Of a stretch of 64,000 nt of DNA, positions 39,848 to 48,554 are shown piece after piece (within the stretch, counting starts at the first letter, position 1; each line of letters begins with the position of its first letter). The stretch lies in NCBI GenBank assembly GCA_963845565.1, contig CAWJSJ010000002.1, positions 832,001 to 896,000 on the forward strand, read 5' to 3'. The DNA is from an uncultured Methylomirabilota bacterium. GTDB taxonomy: Bacteria; Methylomirabilota; Methylomirabilia; Methylomirabilales; 2-02-FULL-66-22. A program made the translations under genes and the position numbers. Below the pieces are notes generated by a model. The model had not been told where the DNA came from and searched no databases. It was given only the letters and a program-made list of their open reading frames with translations.

Positions 39848-39998
39848 AGCAACCAGCGATCAGCTTTCAGCGGTCAGCCCTCAAGGAGAGACGGGGCGGA
39901 AATGAAAGACTTCCGACGGCTGGCGGAGGTGAAGCGCATGCTGGCACCGTCCATTCGGAAGCTGAAAGCTGACCGCTGAATGCTGATTGCTGACCGCT
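39848..39998. repeat. Inverted heptamer arrays (AGCNNTC)n ... (GCTGANN)n
   Basis: AGCAACC AGCGATC AGCTTTC AGCGGTC ... GCTGAAA GCTGACC GCTGAAT GCTGATT GCTGACC. Confidence 0.75.
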
Positions 39999-40010
39999 AA
40001 GGACACCACC

Positions 40011-41042
40011 ATGGAAAAGCTCAAGGTCCTCGTCCTCGGCACCGGGTTCTTCGGAAAGAACTGGCTGCGGGGGCTGTCCGCGTGCGGCGACTGCGAGGTG
40101 GCCGGTCTCGTCGGCAAGCATCCCGAAATCCTTGCCGCGGCCGGAGAGGAGTTCGGCGTTCCGGCGGCGCGGCGATTCGCGACCGTTTCGGATGGGCTGG
40201 ACCGTGCAGGCGCCCAGGCCGTGGTGGTGGCGCTTCCCGAGATGGTACACAAGGAGGCGGTCCTGGCCGCGCTCGGCCGAGGACTTCATGTCCTGACGGA
40301 GAAACCCCTGGCGATGACCATGGCGGAGGCCAGGGAGATCGTGCGCGCTGCCCGTAGCGTTCCGGCGTCGGTTGTGATGGTGGATCAGAACTACCGCTGG
40401 CGGCCGCAGACGAGGACGCTGCGGCAGGCGGTCCGCGACGGACGAATCGGGGCGATCGGGGCGATCGGCTACGAATATCGCCAGCCGATCACCCGCACCA
40501 CCACCGATGCGTGGCGCGAGACGATGCCGCACCCGTTCCTGCACGACATGGCCCCTCACCACTTCGACCTCCTGCGTGCCTGTACCGGGCTTGAGTGCGA
40601 GCAGGTCGTGGCCAGGGGCGTGCGCCCTGCGTGGAATTGGTATCGGGGGGTGCCCGCCGTGGACGCGATCCTCTCCTTCGAGGGGGGTGTGAGCGCGAGC
40701 TACACCGGCAGCATGGTCGCCCGCGGGTTGGCGACCTCCCAGGATGGGATCATCACTGTGGTGGGAGAGGGCGGCACGCTGCGCTTGGAGGCCGACTCGC
40801 AGGTCCGCTGGTATGGCGAGAAAGGCGGATCGGAAGTGATTCCCCATGTGGCGATGCCGTTCACCGATCTGGCCGGCACGCTGCAGGAATTCCTGGCTGC
40901 CATCCGGGAGGTGCGGAAACCCGAGACGCATCTGGAGGACAACGTGCGGACGCTCGCCATGGTGGAGGCGGCCATCCGATCGGTAGAGACCGGCCGGCCC
41001 GTCGCGGTCGGCCCCCTGGTGGCGGAAGCCCTGCAGGGGTGA
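40011..41042 (+). CDS. Gfo/Idh/MocA family oxidoreductase
   Basis: VLGTGFFG, HVLTEKPLA, QNYR, DMAPHHFDL. Confidence 0.9.
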   Translation: MEKLKVLVLGTGFFGKNWLRGLSACGDCEVAGLVGKHPEILAAAGEEFGVPAARRFATVSDGLDRAGAQAVVVALPEMVHKEAVLAALGRGLHVLTEKPLAMTMAEAREIVRAARSVPASVVMVDQNYRWRPQTRTLRQAVRDGRIGAIGAIGYEYRQPITRTTTDAWRETMPHPFLHDMAPHHFDLLRACTGLECEQVVARGVRPAWNWYRGVPAVDAILSFEGGVSASYTGSMVARGLATSQDGIITVVGEGGTLRLEADSQVRWYGEKGGSEVIPHVAMPFTDLAGTLQEFLAAIREVRKPETHLEDNVRTLAMVEAAIRSVETGRPVAVGPLVAEALQG

Positions 41043-41145
41043 GCCGTTGTCAAAGAATAACCTGACCGGAGAAATTCCGGAACCGGCATAAGGAGCCGTA
41101 ACGAAATTAAAACAAATTGGCCAAGTTATTTCGTAACGGCTCCTA
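41043..41145 (+). repeat. MITE-like repeat family B, copy 2
   Basis: Matches the reverse complement of 1801-1901; begins right after the TGA of the Gfo/Idh/MocA gene. Confidence 0.8.
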
Positions 41146-41246
41146 AGACACAATGTGAAACGGACAACCGCCAATAGAAAGCCAGGCAATGGCATTGACC
41201 GGTTTTCCGTTATCAGTTTTTGTTTTCTCATTGAAGGGAGAGTCTC

Positions 41247-42020
41247 ATGGATCTGGGATTGAAAGATCGCGTGGCCATCGTGACAGGCGGAAGCAAGGGG
41301 CTGGGTCGGGCCGAGGCCGAAGCCTTGGCGGCCGAAGGGGCGGCGGTCGTTGTGGCCACCGCCAAGAGCGTGACGGAGGGCGAGCAGGTGGCGCGCGAGT
41401 TGCTGGCCAAAGGCGGCCGCGCCATCTCGGTTCAGGCAGACGTCAGCCAGGCGGCGGACGTGCAGCGGCTGGTGGATAGCACGCTGAAGACCTTCGGCCG
41501 GCTGGACATCCTGGTGAACAACGCGGGAACCACCGGACCCCACCTCAACAAGCCCCTGGTGGAGATGCCGGAAGAGCTGTGGGATTTCATGATCGGGAAT
41601 CATCTCAGGAGCGCCTTTCTGTGCATCAAGTACGCGGCGCCGCACATGATCTCCCAGGGCTGGGGCCGGATCATCAACACCTCCTCGGTCCACGGGCGGG
41701 TCGGCGGACGGCCCAGCCTGGGCCATTACGGGGCTGCGAAGGCGGGCGTGGTTGCTCTTACCATGACGGCGGCTCGCGAGCTCGGGCCCAAAGGCATCAC
41801 GGCCAACGTGATCGCGCCCGGATTCATCGGCACCGAGACCCTGCGCGGCATCTTGCCGGCGCCGACGCTGGAGAAGCTCAAGCAGCAAATCCCGCTGGGG
41901 CGGATCGGCGAACCGGCGGAGGTCGGCCGGGTCGTCGCGTTCCTGGCGTCCGACGCCGCCTCGTATCTGAACGGGGCGGTGCTGGACATCAGCGGCGGCC
42001 GCCTGGAATATTTCCTGTAA
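41247..42020 (+). CDS. Short-chain dehydrogenase/reductase (FabG-like)
   Basis: TGGSKGLG, NNAG, YGAAK, IAPGFI, IPLGRIG. Confidence 0.9.
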   Translation: MDLGLKDRVAIVTGGSKGLGRAEAEALAAEGAAVVVATAKSVTEGEQVARELLAKGGRAISVQADVSQAADVQRLVDSTLKTFGRLDILVNNAGTTGPHLNKPLVEMPEELWDFMIGNHLRSAFLCIKYAAPHMISQGWGRIINTSSVHGRVGGRPSLGHYGAAKAGVVALTMTAARELGPKGITANVIAPGFIGTETLRGILPAPTLEKLKQQIPLGRIGEPAEVGRVVAFLASDAASYLNGAVLDISGGRLEYFL

Positions 42021-42059
42021 AACGCACCGCTGGACGCCAAGAGATTGACGGACCGGGAC

Positions 42060-42132
42060 AACCACAGATTCCACAGATTCCGCGACGGAGCCTATTCCAA
42101 GAGCCTCTGCGAAATCTGTGTAATCTGTGGTT
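42060..42132. repeat. REP-like inverted repeat built from ACAGATT-containing 9-mers
   Basis: AACCACAGATTCCACAGATTCCGC ... GCGAAATCTGTGTAATCTGTGGTT (22 of 24 complementary). Confidence 0.75.
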
Positions 42133-42201
42133 CCAATCGGGGTCGTGGTTTGTGGCGGTTGTTTGGGGGTGGGGCAACACTTGCATGAACGGAGAGTAGG
42201 A

Positions 42202-43761
42202 GTGAGCGACAAAGTCATCAGTGCGCGTGCGGCGATCGATCTCATCAAGGCCGGCGATACGCTGGCGATCCACGGCGCCGGCGGCGGCAACGTGGAGCCG
42301 GACCTCCTCATCAAGGCGCTGGCGGAGAAGTTCGCCGAGACGGCCCAGCCTCGAGACCTGACCGTCGTGCACATCTCGGGCCTCGGGGACTGGAAGGAGA
42401 CCGGCCTCAACCAGCTCACGGGCGACGGGATGATCCGGCGCGACATCGGCGGCCACTACGGGATGTCTCCCAAGTTCGCCCAGCTCATCCTCGACAACAA
42501 GATGGAGGCGTACTGCTGGCCCCAAGGCGTCATGTCACAGTGGCTCCGCGAGGTGGCGGCCGGCCGGCCCGGCCTGGTCACTCACATCGGCCTCAAGACG
42601 TTCATCGATCCCCGGGTGGAGGGCGGAAAACTGAACTCTCGGACGACCGAAGAGCTGATCGAGGTCGTGACGCTGGCCGGGCGAGAATGGCTCTTTTACA
42701 AAGCATTTCCGCTCAACGTCTGTTTCGTGCGAGGCACCACCGCCGACGAGAAGGGCAACATCACGCTGGAGCAGGAGCCGGCGTTCCTGGAAGTCTTGCC
42801 CATGGCGATGGCGACCCGAAACTCGGGTGGGATCGTCATCTGCCAGGTGAAGCGGCTGGCGCAGGCCGGTACTCTTCATCCAAAGATGGTCAAGATTCCC
42901 CACACCATGGTGGATTACGTCGTGGTGCATCCGGAACAATGGCAAAGCGTGGTGAGCGAGTACAATCCAGCCTTCAGCGGCGAGGTGAAGATCCCGGTCT
43001 CCTCGTTGACCCCCATGCCGCTGGACGAGCGGAAGGTGATCGCGCGCCGCGCCGCGCTGGAACTGACCGGGCTGCCGCGCGCCGTCCTGAACATGGGCGT
43101 CGGCATGCCCGACGGCGTAGCGCTGGTGGCCGCCGAAGAGGGGATCGCCGATCGCATTACGCCGACGATCGAGCAGGGAATCACGGGTGGGATTCCGGCT
43201 CCCGGCGTCATCTTCGGGATGTCCTCGAACCCCGAGGCCATCCTGGACCAAGGGTATCAGTTCGACTTCTACGACGGCGGCGGCCTGGACCTTACCTTCC
43301 TGGGCATGGCGGAGGCCGACCAGCACGGCAACGTCAACGTGAGCAAGTTTCAAGGCCGGATGCCGGGCGTCGGGGGCTTCGTCAACATCTCCCAGGGTGC
43401 CAAAGCGGTCGCCTTCTGCGGCACCTTCACGGCTGGCGGACTGGAGGTAAGGGTGGGGGATGGACGGCTCCAGATCGTGAAGGAGGGCCGGTTCAAGAAG
43501 TTCGTCCCCCAGGTGGCGCAGATCACCTTCAGCGGCGAGCTGGCAGCCGAGTCCGGGCAGCGGGTCCAGTTCATCACCGAGCGGGCAGTCCTCGTCATCA
43601 CCAAGGGCGGGGTTATGCTCACCGAGATCGCGCCGGGCGTGGACCTGGAGAAAGACGTGCTGGGGCAGATGGCGTTCCGGCCGAAGGTCGCACCCGACCT
43701 GAAGCTCATGGATGCGCGAATCTTCCTGGCGGAACGGATGGGCCTCGCCGAGGCCATGTGA
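42202..43761 (+). CDS. Family I acyl-CoA transferase (YdiF / propionate CoA-transferase type)
   Basis: PQG, IGLKTFIDPR, NMGVGMP, catalytic EQG, GNVNVSKF, GGFVNISQ, ITERAV. Confidence 0.9.
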   Translation: MSDKVISARAAIDLIKAGDTLAIHGAGGGNVEPDLLIKALAEKFAETAQPRDLTVVHISGLGDWKETGLNQLTGDGMIRRDIGGHYGMSPKFAQLILDNKMEAYCWPQGVMSQWLREVAAGRPGLVTHIGLKTFIDPRVEGGKLNSRTTEELIEVVTLAGREWLFYKAFPLNVCFVRGTTADEKGNITLEQEPAFLEVLPMAMATRNSGGIVICQVKRLAQAGTLHPKMVKIPHTMVDYVVVHPEQWQSVVSEYNPAFSGEVKIPVSSLTPMPLDERKVIARRAALELTGLPRAVLNMGVGMPDGVALVAAEEGIADRITPTIEQGITGGIPAPGVIFGMSSNPEAILDQGYQFDFYDGGGLDLTFLGMAEADQHGNVNVSKFQGRMPGVGGFVNISQGAKAVAFCGTFTAGGLEVRVGDGRLQIVKEGRFKKFVPQVAQITFSGELAAESGQRVQFITERAVLVITKGGVMLTEIAPGVDLEKDVLGQMAFRPKVAPDLKLMDARIFLAERMGLAEAM

Positions 43762-43900
43762 CGGGGGCCATCTGGACGCCGTGGCATGGCAGGTCACGCG
43801 CGGGGCTTACGGTCGCCTGGTTTCCTCTGCTCCCGGTTGCCGCGGTCGTTATCACGGGGGCCGTGTGGGCGCTTGGGCGGGGTGGGGGCCCGAGCGGCCG

Positions 43901-44605
43901 ATGCCGGAAGCGAGGTCCGTCGTGGACGAACCGATCGTGCACATCCCCAGGGCCGGCCTCATCGTCTGGGTGACCGCAGGGAGCGACGAAGATGTGGTAC
44001 CCGTCGTAGAGGCCCTCCATCGCGGCGGGGTGACGGTCGTTGCCATCCAGGTGGCGACACCAGCACTCCCCCAGGCGATTGGTCGCGCCCGCGCGGCGTT
44101 CCCGCGCCGAGTCCTCATTGGGGCGGCGGGCGTTCGCACGGCCGAGGAGGCGCGCGAGGCGGTTCGCGCCGGCGCGGAGTTCGTCCTCGCGACGCATGCG
44201 GATCCCGAGGCGATCCGGGCCTGTCAGGATGCCAGCGTGTTGGCCATTCCGAGCGCCTTTACCCCGACCGAGATCCGACAGGTGTGGAACCTGCGGACGG
44301 GCCTGGTAGCGCTCTTCCCCGCGGGCCGCGTGGAACCCGGCTACGTCCGCGATGTCCTCCGGACGATGCCCGACGTTCGTGCGGTTGCCATGGGGGGCGT
44401 TACGCCAGAGAATGCGGGCGAATTTATCCGAGCGGGTGCCGCCGCCGTCGTGGCGATTGAGGAAGCCCGCGCAGGCGAGGCGCGCGATTACGACACCCTG
44501 ACGCGTCATGCGCGCGCGTTCATCGAGGCGATCGATCGCGCTCGGGCGCGGTTGGCCCGGCCTGCGCCCCCCGTGCGCCCCATCGAAGGACCAGACATTC
44601 GGTAG
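43901..44605 (+). CDS. KDPG/KHG aldolase homolog lacking catalytic residues
   Basis: Eda-like layout (ALHRGGV, AGAEF, FTPTEI, LFPA, GGVTPENAGEFIRAGA) with Glu, Arg and Lys substituted. Confidence 0.75.
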   Translation: MPEARSVVDEPIVHIPRAGLIVWVTAGSDEDVVPVVEALHRGGVTVVAIQVATPALPQAIGRARAAFPRRVLIGAAGVRTAEEAREAVRAGAEFVLATHADPEAIRACQDASVLAIPSAFTPTEIRQVWNLRTGLVALFPAGRVEPGYVRDVLRTMPDVRAVAMGGVTPENAGEFIRAGAAAVVAIEEARAGEARDYDTLTRHARAFIEAIDRARARLARPAPPVRPIEGPDIR

Positions 44606-44679
44606 CGACCGGCGCCGAGCGGTGATCGCGCGGGCGTGACGCCGCCGTCGAGTCGGCCACGCATTCACATTAGGCAGTT

Positions 44680-45657
44680 ATGGACTACCAGATCATCGCA
44701 ACGCTCGGCCCCGCGAGTGACGGCGCAGCGACGTGGCAAGCGATGCTCGCGGCCGGGGTGACCGGATTTCGCCTGAATACCTCCCACCTGTCTCTCCCGC
44801 AATTGGAGGCCTGGGTCGAGCGGCTCGGCGCTTTTCTGGCTGCACAAGTTCCATCGCCGCCCCTGGTCCTTGACCTGCAGGGAAGCAAGTGGCGTCTGGG
44901 TCAGTTTCCCGCCTGCGAGCTTACCGACGGGCAGCGGGTGACGCTGGTGTGTGCGGCGTCCACCGAGCGCCCCAACGAGCTGCCGGTGCCGCACCCGGAT
45001 TTCTTCCGTGCGGCGCCGCTCTCCAGCGGCGAGATCGTGCTCAACGACGCCAAGGTGCGGCTGCGGCTTGAAACGCAGGAGGCGGACGCACTGCACGCGC
45101 GCGTGACCGCGGGCGGCCCGATCATCCCGCGCAAGGGGATCACGTACACCGCGTCCATGCATCGCCAGGAATCGCTGAGCGACACGGATCGGGCGATTCT
45201 GACGTACACGCAGCACCTCCCAGGCATCCGGTATGCCCTGTCGTACGTGAAAGATGCGACGGAGATGGCCAATTACCGGGCGCAGATCGGCCGGCCGGCC
45301 TGTCTGACCGCCAAGCTGGAGCGGCGGCCGGCTATGGACGAGGCGATGCAGATCGCGGCGACCGCTGACGAGGTATGGTTGTGCCGGGGCGATCTCGGCG
45401 CCGAGCTGGGCGTGACGGCCATGGCGGCCAGCGTCTATCACTTTTCGGAACGTGTGGGCGCGATGCCGGTGCCGGTGCTGCTGGCGGGGCAGGTCTTCGA
45501 GCATATGGTCGAGCACCCGACCCCAACCCGGTCGGAAGTCTGCGCGGTATATGATGCGCTCAGGAAGGGCTATCGGGGGTTTGTGCTGTCGGACGAGACG
45601 GCGATCGGCCGCGACCCGGTCGAGAGCTGTCGAGCGGCCGCGCTGTTCCGGGGGTAG
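44680..45657 (+). CDS. pyk: Pyruvate kinase family protein (A and B domains only)
   Basis: IIATLGPAS, RLNTSH, DLQGSK, AKLE, RGDLG, PTRSE, LSDETAIG. Confidence 0.82.
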   Translation: MDYQIIATLGPASDGAATWQAMLAAGVTGFRLNTSHLSLPQLEAWVERLGAFLAAQVPSPPLVLDLQGSKWRLGQFPACELTDGQRVTLVCAASTERPNELPVPHPDFFRAAPLSSGEIVLNDAKVRLRLETQEADALHARVTAGGPIIPRKGITYTASMHRQESLSDTDRAILTYTQHLPGIRYALSYVKDATEMANYRAQIGRPACLTAKLERRPAMDEAMQIAATADEVWLCRGDLGAELGVTAMAASVYHFSERVGAMPVPVLLAGQVFEHMVEHPTPTRSEVCAVYDALRKGYRGFVLSDETAIGRDPVESCRAAALFRG

Positions 45658-45699
45658 GCCGTTGTCAAGGAATGGCCACGTTATTTCGTAACGGCTCCC
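45658..45699 (+). repeat. MITE-like repeat family B, internally deleted copy 3
   Basis: GCCGTTGTCAAGGAAT-GGCCACG-TTATTTCGTAACGGCTCC retains both ends. Confidence 0.75.
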
Positions 45700-45787
45700 A
45701 AGCGGCCGGCGGGAGACCGGCCGGAAGGCCGGGCGCATCGGTTCGAATCGCCGGTGCCGCGGCGGCCGGATGAATGCTGGGGGAAGG

Positions 45788-46243
45788 ATGCAGATCTGGG
45801 TCGACGATGATGGGTGTCCGCGAGCCACCATGGATCTCCTGTTGCGGGTGGCCGAACGGCGCGGCATCCCGGTGGTGCGGATCGCGAACCGCGCTATCCC
45901 GCAGTACGGATCCCCGCTCGTCCGCGCCGTGCGTGTGGGGTCGGATTTCGACGCGGCGGACCGCTACATCGCAGAGCACGTCACCGCGGGCGACCTGGTG
46001 ATCACCGCAGACGTTCCGCTGGCGGCCGAGATCGTGGCGCGCGGCGCGCTCGGACTCAGCCCGCGGGGCGAGGAGTTCAACCCCGAGAACGCGGGCGGCA
46101 AGCTCGCCATGCGGGACCTGATGCGCGACCTTCGCGCGGCCGGCGCGGTGCAGGGCGGGCCACCCTCGCCCGGCCCCGCCGACCGGCGGCGGTTCACCGA
46201 CGCGCTCGACCGAATCCTCACGCGCCTGGCCCCGCGGCCGTGA
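45788..46243 (+). CDS. YaiI/YqxD family protein (DUF188)
   Basis: IWVDDDGCP, FDAADRYI, DLVITADVPLAA, PRGE, GGP. Confidence 0.88.
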   Translation: MQIWVDDDGCPRATMDLLLRVAERRGIPVVRIANRAIPQYGSPLVRAVRVGSDFDAADRYIAEHVTAGDLVITADVPLAAEIVARGALGLSPRGEEFNPENAGGKLAMRDLMRDLRAAGAVQGGPPSPGPADRRRFTDALDRILTRLAPRP

Positions 46244-46323
46244 CTTCGTGCTGGAGCATAAATGGTGCGGGGGTTTCCAGGAAGATCAGCGGGATCGCGC
46301 CGCGATCCCCAGGGGGTTTTGAC

Positions 46324-47073
46324 ATGACATCTCTGCGCACGCTCTCGATGGTTTCGCTGGTGCTCGCTCTCCTGCTACCATGGCCGCTGGAGGTCCCCGC
46401 CGCGGAGGGACCGGATGCGGCGCGGCGTCAGGAGGTTGAAACGATTATCCGCGAGTATCTCCGGGCGCACCCCGAGGTGGTGATGGAGGCCCTCCAGGAG
46501 ATGGAGCGGCGCGAACAGGATGCCCAGCAGCGGCAGCGGGCCGAGACCATCCGCGGGCGCCTGGCGGACCTGACCCAGGACCCGGCGAGCCCCGTGGGCG
46601 GGAACCCGAAGGGGTCGGTCACGATCGTGGAGTTCTTCGACTATCAGTGCGGCTACTGCAAGCGCGCGGCGGCCGAGATGAAGAAGCTTCTCCAGGCGGA
46701 TCCAGACGTCCGGGTGGTGTACAAGGACCTACCGATCCTGGGGCCCGCGTCGGTCTTCGCGGCTCGCGCGGCGCTGGCCGCCCAGAAGCAGGGGAAACAC
46801 GGGGCACTACACACGGCCCTCCTGGAAACGAGCGAGCGCTTGACCGACCAAGAAGTCCTTCGGCTGGCCGCGCAGGCCGGGTTGGACACGGCACAACTGG
46901 AGAAGGACATGGCCGATCCGTCCGTGACGGCGGCGCTGGATCGGAACTTCCAGCTCCAGCGGGCGCTCAACATCCAGGGGACACCGGCCCTGATCGTCGG
47001 CACCGAGTTCATCCCGGGTGCGGCCAATCTCGACACGCTGAAGGAGCTGGTGGCGCGAGCGCGCAAGCAGTGA
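46324..47073 (+). CDS. DsbA family thiol-disulfide oxidoreductase
   Basis: Signal peptide; YLRAHPEV; VEFFDYQCGYCK; GTP cis-Pro loop. Confidence 0.9.
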   Translation: MTSLRTLSMVSLVLALLLPWPLEVPAAEGPDAARRQEVETIIREYLRAHPEVVMEALQEMERREQDAQQRQRAETIRGRLADLTQDPASPVGGNPKGSVTIVEFFDYQCGYCKRAAAEMKKLLQADPDVRVVYKDLPILGPASVFAARAALAAQKQGKHGALHTALLETSERLTDQEVLRLAAQAGLDTAQLEKDMADPSVTAALDRNFQLQRALNIQGTPALIVGTEFIPGAANLDTLKELVARARKQ

Positions 47074-47118
47074 GGCGGGTGTCCGGGACGGCAGGCGCCC
47101 AGTTTCCGACGCGCGAGG

Positions 47119-48000
47119 CTACCTGGCGAGGTGGTCCCCCAGGAGGAGGACGATCTTCGACCAGTCTTCCTGACCCATGCCCGCATCCACGGCGTGCTTC
47201 CAGTACTGGTACGTGCAGGCGTTGATGGGCAGGCGAAACTTGGCGCGGCGGCCGAGCTTTCCGACGAGAGACATGTCCTTGCGGACGATATTGAAGCTCG
47301 CGCCGCTGTCGTAGGTTTCAGGCAGGATGAATTTGGGAAATCGAACTTCCGTGGTGTAGCTGCGCGCGTTCCCCTGGTTGAAGACCTCCAGCATGTCCCG
47401 CTTCGTCAGCCCCAGCCTTTCCCCCAGCGCAACCCCCTCGCAGGTCGCCGCGAAGACCGCGTGGGACACGTGGTTGTGGACCAGCTTCATCACGTGCCCG
47501 CTGCCCACCGGCCCGACGTGCAGGGCCCGCTTGCTGATGGCCTGAAACACCGGCAGACAGCGCAGGTACACGTCCCGATCGCCGCCGACCATGAGCAAGA
47601 GCTGTCCGGCTTTCGCCCCGGTCGCCCCCCCGGTCATGGGGGCGTCGAGATACGCGACGCCCTTCGTGGCCAGCCGATCCGCCATGGGCCTGGTATACTG
47701 TGGGTCGCCCGTGGTCATGTCCACGACCACGCTTCCCCTGGTCGCCCCCCGGGCAACCCCGGCCTTTCCGGAGAGCACCTGCCGCACCGCGGCAGAATCG
47801 GGCACGACGATGAGGATGATCTCCGCCTGGCCGGCGAGCGCGGCGGGGGTTGGCGCCGCCTGCGCTCCGGCGGCGCAGACGGCCTCGACCGCCGCCGATC
47901 GGAGGTCGAAGACGGTCGTGGAAAACCCGGCGCGAAGGAGATTCTCGGCGATGGGCCGCCCCATGTTTCCGAGGCCGATCACTCCCAGCCGGATTGACAT
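47119..48000 (-). CDS. Beta-hydroxyacid dehydrogenase (MmsB/GarR family)
   Basis: IGLGNMG, DAPMTGG, MVGG, GSGHVMKLVHN, KD. Confidence 0.9.
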   Translation of the reverse strand: MSIRLGVIGLGNMGRPIAENLLRAGFSTTVFDLRSAAVEAVCAAGAQAAPTPAALAGQAEIILIVVPDSAAVRQVLSGKAGVARGATRGSVVVDMTTGDPQYTRPMADRLATKGVAYLDAPMTGGATGAKAGQLLLMVGGDRDVYLRCLPVFQAISKRALHVGPVGSGHVMKLVHNHVSHAVFAATCEGVALGERLGLTKRDMLEVFNQGNARSYTTEVRFPKFILPETYDSGASFNIVRKDMSLVGKLGRRAKFRLPINACTYQYWKHAVDAGMGQEDWSKIVLLLGDHLAR

Positions 48001-48020
48001 CGTCGTTCTCCGTCAGCCCG

Positions 48021-48554
48021 TCACTCCGCCAAGTACTTCCGATCCGACGCGACGCCAGGGCGCTGGTTGAGGATCTTCGCGCCGCGGCCCATGAAGACGG
48101 CGCCGGTGCGGGCTTGCTCCTTGACGCCGAAGGGCCGAAGCACCTCCAGAAACTTGTCCAGCTTGTCCGGCTCGCCCGTCGCCTCGAGCATCAGGGTGGT
48201 CGTGGAGACGTCCACGATCCGAGCCTTGAACAGTTCGGTCAGACTGACCACCTCTTGGCGCGTCTTGGCGGTCACCCCCACCTTGACCAACAGCATCTCG
48301 TGGGAGAGCTGGTCCGTGTCGGCGGTCACGTCCGCCACCTTGACGGCCCCGACGAGCTTTCGGAACTGCTTGGCGATCTGATCCAGCGCGGTGCTGGACC
48401 CCTCCACGACGATGGTGATCCGGGTGAGTCCGGGCAGCTCGGAGGCGCCCGCGGTGAAGCTCTGCACGTTGTAGCCGCGCCGGGCGAACAGGTTCCCCAT
48501 CCGCGCCAGCATGCCCGGCTCGTCCTGCACCAGCGCTACCAGGACGTGTCTCAT
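48021..48554 (-). CDS. ilvN: Acetolactate synthase small subunit
   Basis: MRHVLVALVQDEPGMLARM..FARRGYNV, TRITI, ARTG; overlaps the ilvB stop. Confidence 0.92.
   Translation of the reverse strand: MRHVLVALVQDEPGMLARMGNLFARRGYNVQSFTAGASELPGLTRITIVVEGSSTALDQIAKQFRKLVGAVKVADVTADTDQLSHEMLLVKVGVTAKTRQEVVSLTELFKARIVDVSTTTLMLEATGEPDKLDKFLEVLRPFGVKEQARTGAVFMGRGAKILNQRPGVASDRKYLAE

Noticed and set aside
22791..47073. Sec read-through at other TGA stops (Gre-like, IolB, CoA-transferase, DsbA)
   Set aside because: These proteins appear complete at the TGA, and the stop does not correspond to a conserved Cys position
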